A stretch of 64,000 nt of DNA from Alphaproteobacteria bacterium. Its GTDB lineage: Bacteria; Pseudomonadota; Alphaproteobacteria; UBA828. Positions 30,445-40,115 of the stretch are shown here, in pieces. The stretch covers positions 640,001 through 704,000 of the forward strand of contig CBDCRW010000005.1 of assembly GCA_965221125.1 (NCBI GenBank). Direction: 5' to 3'. Positions within the stretch are counted from its first letter, which is position 1. Each line of letters opens with the position of its first letter. A program made the position numbers and the translations under genes. The notes beneath the pieces are model-generated. The model did not search any database. It was not told where the DNA came from and saw only the letters and a list, made by a program, of their open reading frames with translations.

Positions 30445-31662
30445 ATGACCGAACGCAAGGGCAAGCACAGCAAGCATCTCTACTTTCCGCTTTCGCGGCG
30501 CCACTTCATCAAGGGCGCGGCGGCAGGCGCGGTGATCGCCGGCGCGCCGGCGGTGCTGCAGGGGCTCACGCGCCGGGCCAAGGCGCAGGAGAAGGGCGTG
30601 ATCCGCATGCTCTTCACGGCGCCCACCATGATCCCGGGCGACTGGACCCGCTTCGAGGCCGACACCGGCCTCAAGATGGAAGACACGGTGATCAAGGACG
30701 ATCCCGGCATCTTCCTCACCGAGGTCGAGGTCAACGACGCCGGCGACCGCTTCGACCTGATCTCGACGCTCTCCGGCGTGGAGCAGAGCCTGATCGACGG
30801 CGGCTACATCATCCAGGCCGAGACCGGCGCGGTCCCCAACTGGGGCGGCATGCCGGACAGCATCAAGGGCATCCCCTACCTGGTGCGTGACCTGAGCCCG
30901 GACGGCGGCAACGTCTGGGGCCTGCCGCTCGCCATGAACGCGGACAGCTTCGGCTATCTGCCGGCCAAGCTGAACGAGCCGCGCCCGCCGGAGGAGGCCT
31001 CCTGGGCGCTGGTCTTCGAGAGCGAGAAGACCATGGGCCGGTCCTCCACCGGCGACAACTACATCTACCTCTGGGAGGCGCTGGCCTACCTCAAGAACAG
31101 CGGGCAGCTCGAGGTGGCGGACATCCTCAACCCGTCGCCGGACGAGGCGCGGGCGACCGCCGACTTCCTCATCGAGCGCAAGCAGGCCGGGCAGTTCCGC
31201 AACTTCTGGAAGATTTTTGACGACCAGGTCGCCGACATGAAGAACGGCGAGGTCGACGCCATCCGCTGCTGGGAGCCGGCGGTGCGCGAGGCCAACAAGG
31301 CTGGCGGCGACTGGGTCTACGCCAACGCCAAGGAGTTCTACACCAAGTGGCTCCACGCGGCGTACATCCCGTCCCAGGTCGAGGATCGCGGCAATCTCGA
31401 GGAGGTCTACACCGCCCTCGACTGGTTCCTGAGCGGCGGCTACGCCTCCACCATCACGCCGCTGCGCGGCTACCTCAACGGCCGGCCGGACCTCGCGGTC
31501 GAGTACGCCGAGCGCAACGAGATCGGCGACATCTCGGCCGACATGGACGCCGCCCAGGCGAAGATGAAGCACAAGTTCGCCAAGGAGGATTTCTGGTTCA
31601 GCGCGGTGCCCGAGCACCTGCAGGAGATGCAGGCGCAGATGGACCGCGTGCTCAACGCGTAA
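30445..31662 (+). CDS. ABC transporter substrate-binding protein (PotD/PotF-like), Tat-exported
   Basis: SRRHFIKG Tat motif, RBS gggag; cognate permeases and ATPase at 33741-36704. Confidence 0.85.
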   Translation: MTERKGKHSKHLYFPLSRRHFIKGAAAGAVIAGAPAVLQGLTRRAKAQEKGVIRMLFTAPTMIPGDWTRFEADTGLKMEDTVIKDDPGIFLTEVEVNDAGDRFDLISTLSGVEQSLIDGGYIIQAETGAVPNWGGMPDSIKGIPYLVRDLSPDGGNVWGLPLAMNADSFGYLPAKLNEPRPPEEASWALVFESEKTMGRSSTGDNYIYLWEALAYLKNSGQLEVADILNPSPDEARATADFLIERKQAGQFRNFWKIFDDQVADMKNGEVDAIRCWEPAVREANKAGGDWVYANAKEFYTKWLHAAYIPSQVEDRGNLEEVYTALDWFLSGGYASTITPLRGYLNGRPDLAVEYAERNEIGDISADMDAAQAKMKHKFAKEDFWFSAVPEHLQEMQAQMDRVLNA

Positions 31663-31683
31663 ACTCCGCCTCGCTTGCGGGCC

Positions 31684-31720
31684 GGGCCTGCCTCGCCGGA
31701 CGATCCGGCGGGGCGGGCCC
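31684..31720 (+). terminator. GC-rich stem-loop after the substrate-binding protein gene
   Basis: GGGCCTGCCTCGCCGGA-cga-TCCGGCGGGGCGGGCCC inverted repeat; no U-tract, may be an mRNA stabiliser. Confidence 0.45.
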
Positions 31721-31730
31721 CGCCCCCTAG

Positions 31731-32023
31731 GGCGTCTCGTCCATGAAGTTGCACCGCGACCTGAAGGTGACGCAGAAGACCGCGTGGTTCATGCTGCGCC
31801 GTATCCGCGAGGCTTGGTCCGCAGAGAGCGAATCGCTATTCTCGGGGCCGGTCGAGGCCGATGAGACGTACATGGGCGGTCGGCGCGCAAACATGTCGAA
31901 GGCCAAGCGCAAAACGCTGAGCGGACGCGGCGCGGTCGGAAAGAGGCCGTGATCGGAAAGCGCCTGTGCTACGCGGACCTCATCGCCGACAACGGGTTGT
32001 CTTCCAGCGCTCGCAGCGGCTGA
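31731..32023 (+). pseudogene. IS1595-family transposase remnant (5' truncated, internally deleted)
   Basis: GVSSMKLHRDLKVTQKTAWFMLRRIRE...GPVEADETYMGG...GRGAVGK joined out of frame to the C-terminal GKRLCYADLIADNGL. Confidence 0.85.
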
Positions 32024-32961
32024 TGCAGGATGCGCTGGAGGCGGCATTGCCGCCGAAGTTGCGGGCGCTAAACCCCTCCCAGGACCAACAAGCGATTCCA
32101 GCGTTGGCGAAGGACCGCCGCTCTACGGCGCGAATCCGCGCCCTGCTGCCGACCATGGAGACGACTCACGAAGTCATCTTGGGAGACGCCAGAGATGTGC
32201 GGTTGCCTCCATCGTCGGTGCATTTGGTCGTTACCTCGCCGCCGTACTGGACCCTGAAGGAGTATCCCGAGACGGCGGGGCAACTCGGGCGGATCACGGA
32301 ATATGAGGCATTCCTGACCAGCTTGCGGGCGGTGTGGGAAGGCTGTTATGACGCCTTGGCCCCCGGCGGACGGCTGGTCTGCGTTGTCGGCGATGTCTGT
32401 CTATCCCGGCGCGCGAATGGCGGCCGTCACACCGTCATCCCGCTCCACGCCTCCATCCAGACACAGTGCTGCGAGATCGGGTTCGACAACCTTGCTCCGA
32501 TCATCTGGCACAAGATCGCCAACATGAAGACGGAAGCGCGGGGAAGCGGCTCCTACCTCGGCAAGCCGTTCGAGCCGAACGGCGTCATCAAGAACGATAT
32601 CGAGTTCATCCTCATGCTCCGCAAGCCGGGCGGCTACCGTAGCCCGAGCGAGGCGGCACGCCTTCTAAGCGTAATCTCCGCCGAAGAGCACGATCTCTGG
32701 TTCCGTCAGATATGGGACGATCTCAGCGGAACTTCGACGCGCGACCACCCGGCGCCCTTCCCGGCAGAGCTCGCTGAACGGCTGATCCGCATGTTCAGCT
32801 TCGTCGGCGATACGGTGTTCGACCCCTTCACGGGGACTGCCACCACCCAAGTCGCAGCGCGTCAACTCGGGCGGAATAGCATCGGTGTCGAGATCGAGCC
32901 GGTCTATCATGCAATGGCCGAAGCGCGGCTGACCGATGATCTCGCTGCAAGACGCGGTTGA
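32023..32961 (+). CDS. DNA methyltransferase, N4-cytosine/N6-adenine beta class
   Basis: VVTSPPY motif IV precedes HPAPFP and DPFTGTATT motif I; TGATG coupling to the transposase remnant. Confidence 0.92.
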   Translation: MQDALEAALPPKLRALNPSQDQQAIPALAKDRRSTARIRALLPTMETTHEVILGDARDVRLPPSSVHLVVTSPPYWTLKEYPETAGQLGRITEYEAFLTSLRAVWEGCYDALAPGGRLVCVVGDVCLSRRANGGRHTVIPLHASIQTQCCEIGFDNLAPIIWHKIANMKTEARGSGSYLGKPFEPNGVIKNDIEFILMLRKPGGYRSPSEAARLLSVISAEEHDLWFRQIWDDLSGTSTRDHPAPFPAELAERLIRMFSFVGDTVFDPFTGTATTQVAARQLGRNSIGVEIEPVYHAMAEARLTDDLAARRG

Positions 32962-33547
32962 CACCCTCTACCGAGTCGTCGTGGTCGACAAGAAGCCGAC
33001 TTCAAATGCGCGACTGGCGACACTGGCAGACATGTGTCTCCAGCAGCTCGCCGCGCGTGGGCTTGCGGACGGAACCACAGAAGCGTTGGTGCCTGGAATT
33101 GGGCGGACGAAGAAGTGGGACGTGGCATGGCCGAGTGACGGCAAGGTGCGGCTTGGCATCAGCCTCAAATCGCTGCTCAAGAACGTCGGCGGCTCTGTGC
33201 CTAACCGGGCCGACGATCTGATGGGGGAAGTAGCGAACGTCCAGCTTTCATCGCCGGAGATCGTCACCGGCTATGTCATGCTCTTCGACGTTGGGCAGAA
33301 CGGAGGCGGAGTGCAGAAGAGCGGCGAGCGGTGGGTTGACACCTTCCGCTCCTATGTCGAACAGCTTTCCGGGCGGGCAGCGCCAGCGTGGGCGGCTGGA
33401 ATGGTCGAGGCCGCAGCCATCGTTGAAATCGACTTTTCCGAGGGGCCCCGCATCGTAGCGGAACCTGACATGTCGGCCTTCTTCGATCGACTCGCCCACT
33501 GTGTGCGAGAGCGAAACCCAGGGACCATCGCAGGGGACACGCCATGA
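32936..33547 (+). CDS. Putative type II restriction endonuclease (PaeR7I/XhoI-like PD-(D/E)xK fold)
   Basis: Overlaps MTase; RTKKWDV...ISLKS and NRADDLMGE resemble the PaeR7I/XhoI family pattern. Confidence 0.65.
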   Translation: MISLQDAVDTLYRVVVVDKKPTSNARLATLADMCLQQLAARGLADGTTEALVPGIGRTKKWDVAWPSDGKVRLGISLKSLLKNVGGSVPNRADDLMGEVANVQLSSPEIVTGYVMLFDVGQNGGGVQKSGERWVDTFRSYVEQLSGRAAPAWAAGMVEAAAIVEIDFSEGPRIVAEPDMSAFFDRLAHCVRERNPGTIAGDTP

Positions 33548-33720
33548 CGGCAGAGAAGCGCAGGACAGAGCCTGAAATTCTGAATCCCCGCTACGCCGGG
33601 GCGACGCCTGAGCAGGTGGGCCGAGCGTTCTTGCGGCACGAGCCGGCGGCCGATGGCGGGGAGGCTAACAGCAATCCGGGCGTCGCTGCTGACGAACCGG
33701 AAGTTCGGTCAGATATATAG
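33544..33720 (+). CDS. Small hypothetical protein at the IS1595 right end
   Basis: MTAEKRRTEPEILNPRYAGATPEQVGRAFLR..., ATGA overlap with upstream gene, stop lies within the terminal repeat-like sequence. Confidence 0.45.
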   Translation: MTAEKRRTEPEILNPRYAGATPEQVGRAFLRHEPAADGGEANSNPGVAADEPEVRSDI

Positions 33721-33740
33721 CCCCCTTTGGCTGAGCTGAG

Positions 33741-34658
33741 ATGGCCGCCGCGCTACCCGCCAACGACGACCTCATACGCCGCCTGGTGCCGCGTCTGCCG
33801 GCGGGCGTGTGGTCGCTCTCGGGCTTCAGCGTCGTCTGGTTCGGCGGCATCGTCATCCCGCTGCTCGCGATCATCCTGGTCTCGTTCTTCCAGGGCCGCG
33901 GCATCAGGATCAACATCGACCCGACGTTCCTGCAGTACGAGCGCTTCTTCTCCTACGGCGGCGCCGATCTTCTCTCACGCTCGGTGCGCATCGCGGCGAC
34001 AATCACCGTCATCGAGCTGCTGATCGCGTTCCCCTTCGCGCTCTGGCTCGCGAAGGGCTGCAAGAACAACACGGTGCGCCTGCTCACCTTCACGGCGCTC
34101 ACCGTGCCCTTCTTCCTCAGCCCGGCGGCCCGCGTCATCGTCTGGCGCTCGGTCTTCGGCATCAACGGCGTGGTCAATCAGGCGCTGCTCGGCATCGGCG
34201 TGGTGGACGAGCCCGTGACCTGGCTGATCTTCTCCGAATTCGCCGTGCACTTCGGCTTTCTCGGGTTCTTCTTCCCCACCATGGTGTGGCCGATCTTTCT
34301 CTCCATCAGCCTGATCGATAACGATTTTCTCGAAGCCAGCAACGACCTCGGCGCGCATCGCTTCAGGACGCTCGTGCACATCATCTTCCCGCTCGCGCTG
34401 CCGGGCGTGGTCGCGGGCTTCGTCTTCACCTTCATCCCCATGCTGGGCGACACGGTGGTGGCGCAGCACATGGGCGGCAACAACGTGCTGATGCTGAGCG
34501 CCCAGGTGCAGAGCCTGATCGGAGTCTCGAATTTCCTCGTCGCCGCCGCCCTTGCCGCGGTCGTGCTCGCCATCATGCTGGCCTTCCAGGTCGTGCTCTG
34601 GGCCGCGCTCCGGCCCGTGGGCGGCCTCAACGAAGTCTTCGCGAACCTCCGCCGATGA
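33741..34658 (+). CDS. ABC transporter permease (PotB-like)
   Basis: Hydrophobic; EAA loop EASNDLGA...IIFPLALPG. Confidence 0.9.
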   Translation: MAAALPANDDLIRRLVPRLPAGVWSLSGFSVVWFGGIVIPLLAIILVSFFQGRGIRINIDPTFLQYERFFSYGGADLLSRSVRIAATITVIELLIAFPFALWLAKGCKNNTVRLLTFTALTVPFFLSPAARVIVWRSVFGINGVVNQALLGIGVVDEPVTWLIFSEFAVHFGFLGFFFPTMVWPIFLSISLIDNDFLEASNDLGAHRFRTLVHIIFPLALPGVVAGFVFTFIPMLGDTVVAQHMGGNNVLMLSAQVQSLIGVSNFLVAAALAAVVLAIMLAFQVVLWAALRPVGGLNEVFANLRR

Positions 34659-35551
34659 CGATGACCGCGCCCACCGAGACCATCACCTACGCGCGCGTGC
34701 GCCCGCCCTTCTGGCGCCGCGTCGCCGACGGGCTGCCGAACGGCACCGGCCTCTTCTTCGGCTACGGCGTGCTGTTCATCCTGTACCTCCCCATCGTCTG
34801 GCTGATGATCCTCTCGATCAGCGGCGAGCCGCTCACCGGCATTCCGGGCGACTGGACGCTGACCTGGTACGAGGACGTGATCTACGCCGACATCGCCCAG
34901 CGCGACGGCGAGGCCTACGGCAGCAACTTCCGCGTGGGCGATCCGCTGCTGCTCTCGATCATGCTGGCCTTCGTCACCTCCGCCGCGTGCGTGATCGGCG
35001 CGCTCATCGTGGGCCCGGTGCTGCCCCGGGTGAAGCGGCGCGGACCGCTGCTCATCGGCTTCCTCATGCCGCTGATGGTGCCGGGCATCGTGGCCGGCGT
35101 CGGGCTCTTCATGTGGTATCGCCTCGTGATCCACGTGAAGATGGGGGTCTGGTCGCTGGCGGTGGCCCATTTCGTCTGGGCCTTCCCCTTCGCCCTGCTG
35201 GCGATGCTGGTGGTCGCATCGCGCTTCGACACGCGGCTGATGGAGGCGGCGGAGGATCTGGGCGCCAGCCGCTGGCAGCGCTTCTGGCAGATCGAGGTGC
35301 CGATCCTGAAGCCCGGCATCTTCGCCGCGGGCTTCTTCGGCTTCCTGCTGTCGTTCAACGAGCTGCCCTTCAGCATCTTCATGCGCGCAGGACAGGACAC
35401 ACTGCCGCTCTATCTGTGGATACAATCGGGCGCGCACAACACGACCGTGCCCTTGATCTATGCGATGAGTACGCTGGTGACGATCGTGAGCATCGGGCTG
35501 ACCTTCCTCGCGATCAAGCTTGCCTTCGGAGGAGGCCGAGATGGCAAATAG
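34655..35551 (+). CDS. ABC transporter permease (PotC-like)
   Basis: EAAEDLGA...P, FLLSFNE, TLPL. Confidence 0.9.
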   Translation: MTMTAPTETITYARVRPPFWRRVADGLPNGTGLFFGYGVLFILYLPIVWLMILSISGEPLTGIPGDWTLTWYEDVIYADIAQRDGEAYGSNFRVGDPLLLSIMLAFVTSAACVIGALIVGPVLPRVKRRGPLLIGFLMPLMVPGIVAGVGLFMWYRLVIHVKMGVWSLAVAHFVWAFPFALLAMLVVASRFDTRLMEAAEDLGASRWQRFWQIEVPILKPGIFAAGFFGFLLSFNELPFSIFMRAGQDTLPLYLWIQSGAHNTTVPLIYAMSTLVTIVSIGLTFLAIKLAFGGGRDGK

Positions 35552-36704
35552 TGAAGTCGCAGCGCCGCGCGCTGCCGCCGCCGCAGGCGATCACATCCTG
35601 CAGGTCGAGCACGCCACCCACCGCTTCGGCGAGGTGGTGGCGCTCGACGACGTGTCGATCACGGCACGGCGGGGCGAGTTCCTGACCCTGCTGGGCGAGA
35701 GCGGCTCGGGCAAGACGACGCTGCTCAGGATCGTCGCCGGGCTGGAGCGCCCGACCCGGATCGCGCGCATCGCCATCGACGGCGAGGACGTCTCGGCCAT
35801 TCCCGCGTCCAGGCGCAACTGCACCACGGTGTTCCAGCACTACGCGCTCTTCCCCCACATGTCGGTCGGCCAGAACGTCGAGTACGGGCTCCGCGTGCGC
35901 GGCATCGACAAGGACCAGCGTCGCAAGCGGGCGGAGGACGCGCTCGCCCTGGTGCGCCTCCTCGACAAGTACGGCCGCCGCGTCCATCAGCTCTCGGGCG
36001 GCGAGCGTCAGCGGGTGGCGCTGGCCCGCGCGCTGGTGACCGAGCCCGCGATCCTGCTCCTCGACGAGCCGCTCGGCGCGCTCGACGAGAAGCTCCGCGT
36101 CGACATGCAGGTGGAGCTGCTCGATCTGCACGAGAAGCTCGGCCTCACCTTCATCTACGTCACGCACAGCCAGGAAGAGGCGCTCACCATGAGCGACCGC
36201 ATCATCCTCATGCGGCGCGGGCGCATCGTGCAGGAGGGGCCGCCGACCGACCTGTTCGACCGGCCGGCGACCCGCTTCGTCGCGGACTTCATGGGGGTCG
36301 AGAACCTGCTCGAAGGGACCATCGAGAGCGTGCAGAACGGCACGGCCAGCGTGCGCATCGGCAGCCACGTGATCAACGGCGCCTGGAGCGGCGCCGGCCC
36401 GGCGGAGAAGGGTGCTGCCGCCTGCGTCGCGGTGCGGGCGGAGCGGATCAGGCTCGCGCCGCACGGCGCAGCCATCGACGAGCCCGGCGTCAACACCCTG
36501 CCGTGCACCAGCGGGGCCACGATCTACAAGGGCAAGTACCTCGACCAGACGCTTGATACCGAGATCGGCCCGGTCAAGGCGCGGATCTGGGACCGCGGCG
36601 TCGATGTCGCCGATCTGGAGGCTCTCTGGTGGCGGGAGTCCGAGTGCGCCATCACCTCGGCCGAGAACGGTGCGGGCGCGGGCGCCGAGGCCGAAGGAGA
36701 CTGA
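35541..36704 (+). CDS. ABC transporter ATP-binding protein (PotA-like)
   Basis: GESGSGKT, FQHYALFPHM, LSGGERQRVALARAL, LLDEP, YVTHSQEEA. Confidence 0.93.
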   Translation: MANSEVAAPRAAAAAGDHILQVEHATHRFGEVVALDDVSITARRGEFLTLLGESGSGKTTLLRIVAGLERPTRIARIAIDGEDVSAIPASRRNCTTVFQHYALFPHMSVGQNVEYGLRVRGIDKDQRRKRAEDALALVRLLDKYGRRVHQLSGGERQRVALARALVTEPAILLLDEPLGALDEKLRVDMQVELLDLHEKLGLTFIYVTHSQEEALTMSDRIILMRRGRIVQEGPPTDLFDRPATRFVADFMGVENLLEGTIESVQNGTASVRIGSHVINGAWSGAGPAEKGAAACVAVRAERIRLAPHGAAIDEPGVNTLPCTSGATIYKGKYLDQTLDTEIGPVKARIWDRGVDVADLEALWWRESECAITSAENGAGAGAEAEGD

Positions 36705-36722
36705 TTGCCCGTCTGATCAGGC

Positions 36723-36897
36723 CTGGAGCGCGTCCGTCAACGCCGGACGCGCGATAGGCCGCGACAGCGGCCCGCCGCGAATGCGGCGCGCCCGCATCGT
36801 GCGCTCTGCGCGTCCCGCGCGACGGCGCCGGCTGAAAGCCGGCTGCCGTGAGCGACAGATGCTTAGAGCGTTTTCGTTTTGCACGAAAACGCTCTAA
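36723..36897. repeat. Palindromic intergenic mosaic element, copy 2
   Basis: Same modules as 24681-24830; terminal hairpin TTAGAGCGTTTTCGT..ACGAAAACGCTCTAA. Confidence 0.8.
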
Positions 36898-37277
36898 GCG
36901 GCGGCCAGCGCCTCGATCTCGATCAGCCAGCGCGCGTCGGCGAGGCCGGCGACGATGAGCAGCGTCGAGGCCGCCTGGTGGCCGGCCAGGTGGCGGTCCC
37001 TGATCTCGCGGTAGGCGCCGAGGTGGGCGCGGTCCACCAGCAGCGCGCGCACGATCACCAGGTTCTCCATGGTCATGCCGGCGGCGGCGAGCAGGGCGCG
37101 GATGTTGCGCCAGACCTGGTCGCTCTGCGCCTCGAAGCCGTCCGCCAGCGTGCCGTCCGGCGCGGCGCCCACCTGGCCCGAGATGTGGAGCCAGCGCTTG
37201 TCCGGCCCCACCTCCGCCGCCTGGCTGTAGAACGACGCGGGCGAGACGACGGTGTCCGGATTGTGCAGCGTGATCAT
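36894..37277 (-). CDS. Rid (YjgF/YER057c/UK114) family protein
   Basis: YSQAAEV, LHISGQVG, ASTLLIVAGL, IEIEALA. Confidence 0.88.
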   Translation of the reverse strand: MITLHNPDTVVSPASFYSQAAEVGPDKRWLHISGQVGAAPDGTLADGFEAQSDQVWRNIRALLAAAGMTMENLVIVRALLVDRAHLGAYREIRDRHLAGHQAASTLLIVAGLADARWLIEIEALAAA

Positions 37278-37458
37278 CGGTTACTCCCTGGCAGGCGCCA
37301 CAGCGGCGCGGCCCGTCATAGTGCCACGGAGGACAAGATTCGGAGAAGGAGCGGGAGATTCGATGCAGGGCGAGCGGCGCCGGACATTCGCGGTTCACTG
37401 ATCCTCCGTCTCCCGCTATCGTCCTGTCCGACGATGCGTCGTCCGCAAGGTCTACCGG

Positions 37459-37734
37459 ATGGACGAAATGGACATCACGGCATCCGATATCGAGGCCGCG
37501 CTGAAGCGCGAACTGAGGAACCCTCCGACCCCGGTCAGCTGGTGGGAGGTGGAAACCGGGGTCGACTGGGCGGACGACCCCGCAGTGTGGGTGTGGGTCT
37601 ATCTCACGGAAGAGGAGGTGGACTTCGAAACCCGAGACCTGCTGCGGAATACAGTGCGCGATCTGGTCCGCCGCGAGACCGAATCCTCGATGTTGGTCTA
37701 TGTTCGCTTCCGAGGGGCTTCGGAGGCCGCCTGA
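37459..37734 (+). CDS. Small acidic protein, putative MNT-like antitoxin
   Basis: 91 aa, DWADDPAVWVWV, YVRFR; directly upstream of a HEPN-like gene. Confidence 0.55.
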   Translation: MDEMDITASDIEAALKRELRNPPTPVSWWEVETGVDWADDPAVWVWVYLTEEEVDFETRDLLRNTVRDLVRRETESSMLVYVRFRGASEAA

Positions 37735-37739
37735 GTGTC

Positions 37740-38249
37740 GTGAGCCTGCATGTTGACCTGTTGCGGCAAGCCCGACAGCTTGCCGTCAAGGAGCCGCGGC
37801 GGCCCCTGCAGGCGAGCCTGCGCCGGGCAGTCTCGGCGTCGTACTACGCCCTCTTTCATCTGTTGGTCGATGAAGCGACGAAGCGCATGCTTCGTGGTCG
37901 CGACAGAGCCGCTCTCCGCCAGTGCCTGGCACGAGCGTTCGGTCACGCCGCAATGAAACAGGTCGCCCAGCAGTTTTCTGACAGCAAAGTTTCAACGAAG
38001 CTCTCTCCCGGGTTGGGCGGCCAACCCGTGCAACCCGAACTCGTTCGGGTTGCCAGCGCATTCGTCGAACTTCAGGGGGCCCGCCACGAAGCGGATTACG
38101 ACACGGCCCGTCGTTTCACCCGTCGTGAAGTTCTCGATTTCGTGGAGCGGGCGGAGCAGGCGTTTGCCGACTGGCACGGCGTCCGCGGGAGCATTCAGGC
38201 AGATACCTTCCTGACCGGGCTTCTCGCATTCGGAAACATGCGCAGTTGA
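37740..38249 (+). CDS. HEPN-like domain protein
   Basis: RRAVSASYYALFH and RHEADYD motifs; GTG start inside the 36879..38249 ORF. Confidence 0.7.
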   Translation: MSLHVDLLRQARQLAVKEPRRPLQASLRRAVSASYYALFHLLVDEATKRMLRGRDRAALRQCLARAFGHAAMKQVAQQFSDSKVSTKLSPGLGGQPVQPELVRVASAFVELQGARHEADYDTARRFTRREVLDFVERAEQAFADWHGVRGSIQADTFLTGLLAFGNMRS

Positions 38250-38426
38250 CAGTCAGGGGGATACTTGCGTTTCGGGAGTTTCGACAGACTTTGCCGAGGG
38301 GTCTGGGCGAGATTGGGGATCGGCAGTGCGTAGAAGCGCGACGCACTAATGCGATACGTCAGCATAACTTATAAGCGCCATAAGTGGATACTCTTGGACG
38401 CTATATGGCCATATCGAATAGGTTAT

Positions 38427-39879
38427 GGTTGTGTCCCCAGACGTGGTGTAGGAGCTCCCGCTACCCCCGGTAGCTGTGGGTAACCGGCTTGGCGCCGCGA
38501 CCGCCCTCGAGTCTGGTGGCGCCAAGCCGGTTATCCACAGCGGGGTGGCCATCGCGGTTCCGGTTTAGGGTTTGGGTGAATCCGAATCGACCCGAGCCTA
38601 AGGAGAACCACGATGACCGATGACAAGCTTACCCTGCGGACGCTGTTGGAGAAGAGCTCTGACGCCGATCTGCTGCGTGAGATGATCGCCTTCTCTGCGC
38701 AGCGCCTTATGGAGCTGGAAGTCGAGGGCCTGACCGGCGCCGAGCATGGCGCGCGGACGCCGGAGCGGATCAACCAGCGCAACGGCTACCGCGATCGGCC
38801 TTGGGAGACCCGGGCCGGCACGGTCGACCTGAAGATTCCGAAGCTCAGGAAGGGGAGCTACTTCCCCGGCTTCCTGGAGCCCCGACGGACGGCGGAGAAG
38901 GCGCTCACGGCGGTGATCCAGGAGGCCTACATCCAGGGGGTATCGACCCGCTCGGTCGACGAACTGGTTCAGGCCATGGGCATGAGCGGGATATCGAAGA
39001 GCCAGGTCTCGCGCCTTTGCGGGGAGATAGACGACAAGATCCGCAGCTTCCTCGACCGCCCGCTCGAAGGCGACTGGCCCTATCTCTGGCTGGATGCGAC
39101 TTACGTGAAGGTGCGCGAGGCCGGGCGCATCGTCCCGGTCGCGGTCACCGTGGCCGTCGCGGTCAACGACCAGGGCCGGCGCGAGATCCTCGGCATGGCG
39201 ATCGGCGCCTCCGAGGCCGAGACCTTCTGGACCGAGTTCCTGCGCTCGCTGACCAGGCGCGGCCTGCGCGGCGTGCAGCTGGTGATCTCCGACGACCACA
39301 AGGGCCTGAAGGCCGCCACCACCCGGATCCTCGGCGCCACCTGGCAGAGATGCCGCGTCCACTTCATGCGCAACCTGCTGGCCCATGCCGGCAAGCAGGG
39401 CCGGCGCGTCGTCTCCGCCTTCGTCGCCACCGCCTTCGCCCAGGACGATGCCGAGGCCGCTGCCGCCCAGTGGCGCCTGATCGCCGACCAGCTCAGGCCC
39501 AAGGCCTCCAAGCTGGCGGCCCTCATGGACGAGGCCCAGCACGACGTCCTCGCCTACATGAGCTTCCCCAAGGAGCACCGGGTCAAGCTTCACTCGACCA
39601 ACCCGCTCGAACGCGTCAACGGCGAGATCAAGCGACGCACCAACGTCGTCGGCATCTTCCCCAACGAGGACGCCATCACCCGCCTCGTCGGCGCCGTGCT
39701 GCTCGAGCAGAACGACGAATGGACCGTCGGAAGGAGGTACATGACGCTGGAATCGATCGCTCCCCTGAGCGACAATCCCACGATCAAGCTGTCCGCTGTG
39801 GCAGCCTGAATAACCCGGCCCTACCCGCCGGATGCCGCGTAAAGCGCGACGCTCTTACACCACTCCTCGGGACACGATC
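38427..39879 (+). mobile_element. IS256-family insertion sequence with 8-bp target duplication
   Basis: 26-bp imperfect IRs GGTTGTGTCCCCAGACGTGGTGTAGG / GATCGTGTCCCGAGGAGTGGTGTAAG; direct repeat TAGGTTAT at 38419-38426 and 39880-39887. Confidence 0.95.
38613..39809 (+). CDS. IS256-family transposase
   Basis: [54 protein letters not shown]. Confidence 0.97.
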   Translation: MTDDKLTLRTLLEKSSDADLLREMIAFSAQRLMELEVEGLTGAEHGARTPERINQRNGYRDRPWETRAGTVDLKIPKLRKGSYFPGFLEPRRTAEKALTAVIQEAYIQGVSTRSVDELVQAMGMSGISKSQVSRLCGEIDDKIRSFLDRPLEGDWPYLWLDATYVKVREAGRIVPVAVTVAVAVNDQGRREILGMAIGASEAETFWTEFLRSLTRRGLRGVQLVISDDHKGLKAATTRILGATWQRCRVHFMRNLLAHAGKQGRRVVSAFVATAFAQDDAEAAAAQWRLIADQLRPKASKLAALMDEAQHDVLAYMSFPKEHRVKLHSTNPLERVNGEIKRRTNVVGIFPNEDAITRLVGAVLLEQNDEWTVGRRYMTLESIAPLSDNPTIKLSAVAA

Positions 39880-40115
39880 TAGGTTATGTCCTGTCGGGAT
39901 TCGTGCCGGCCGGTCGGTGCCGCAGGCCTGCCGAACATGGAGTGACGGGCATGAAGAATTCGCGGTGTGTGGGCGTGCGAACGGGCGGGGACTCGCTTCG
40001 CCACAGGGCCAATTTTGACGCCGGCCGGCGGGCCCGCGACGGTGTCTGCAGAGCCTTGCGGGCATCCCGCGGAACGGGATCGGCCCCAGGTTCCGCCTGA
40101 CGGAATCCGACATCG

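Larger units (their letters stand above)
31731..33724 (+). mobile_element. Degenerate IS1595-family element carrying a restriction-modification cargo
   Basis: Transposase fragments, coupled MTase and REase, short terminal ORF and right-end-like sequence GTCAGATATATAGCCCC; left end missing. Confidence 0.7.

Noticed and set aside
38346-38552. 68-aa minus-strand ORF
   Set aside because: Spans the IS256 left end, so it is a chance junction ORF
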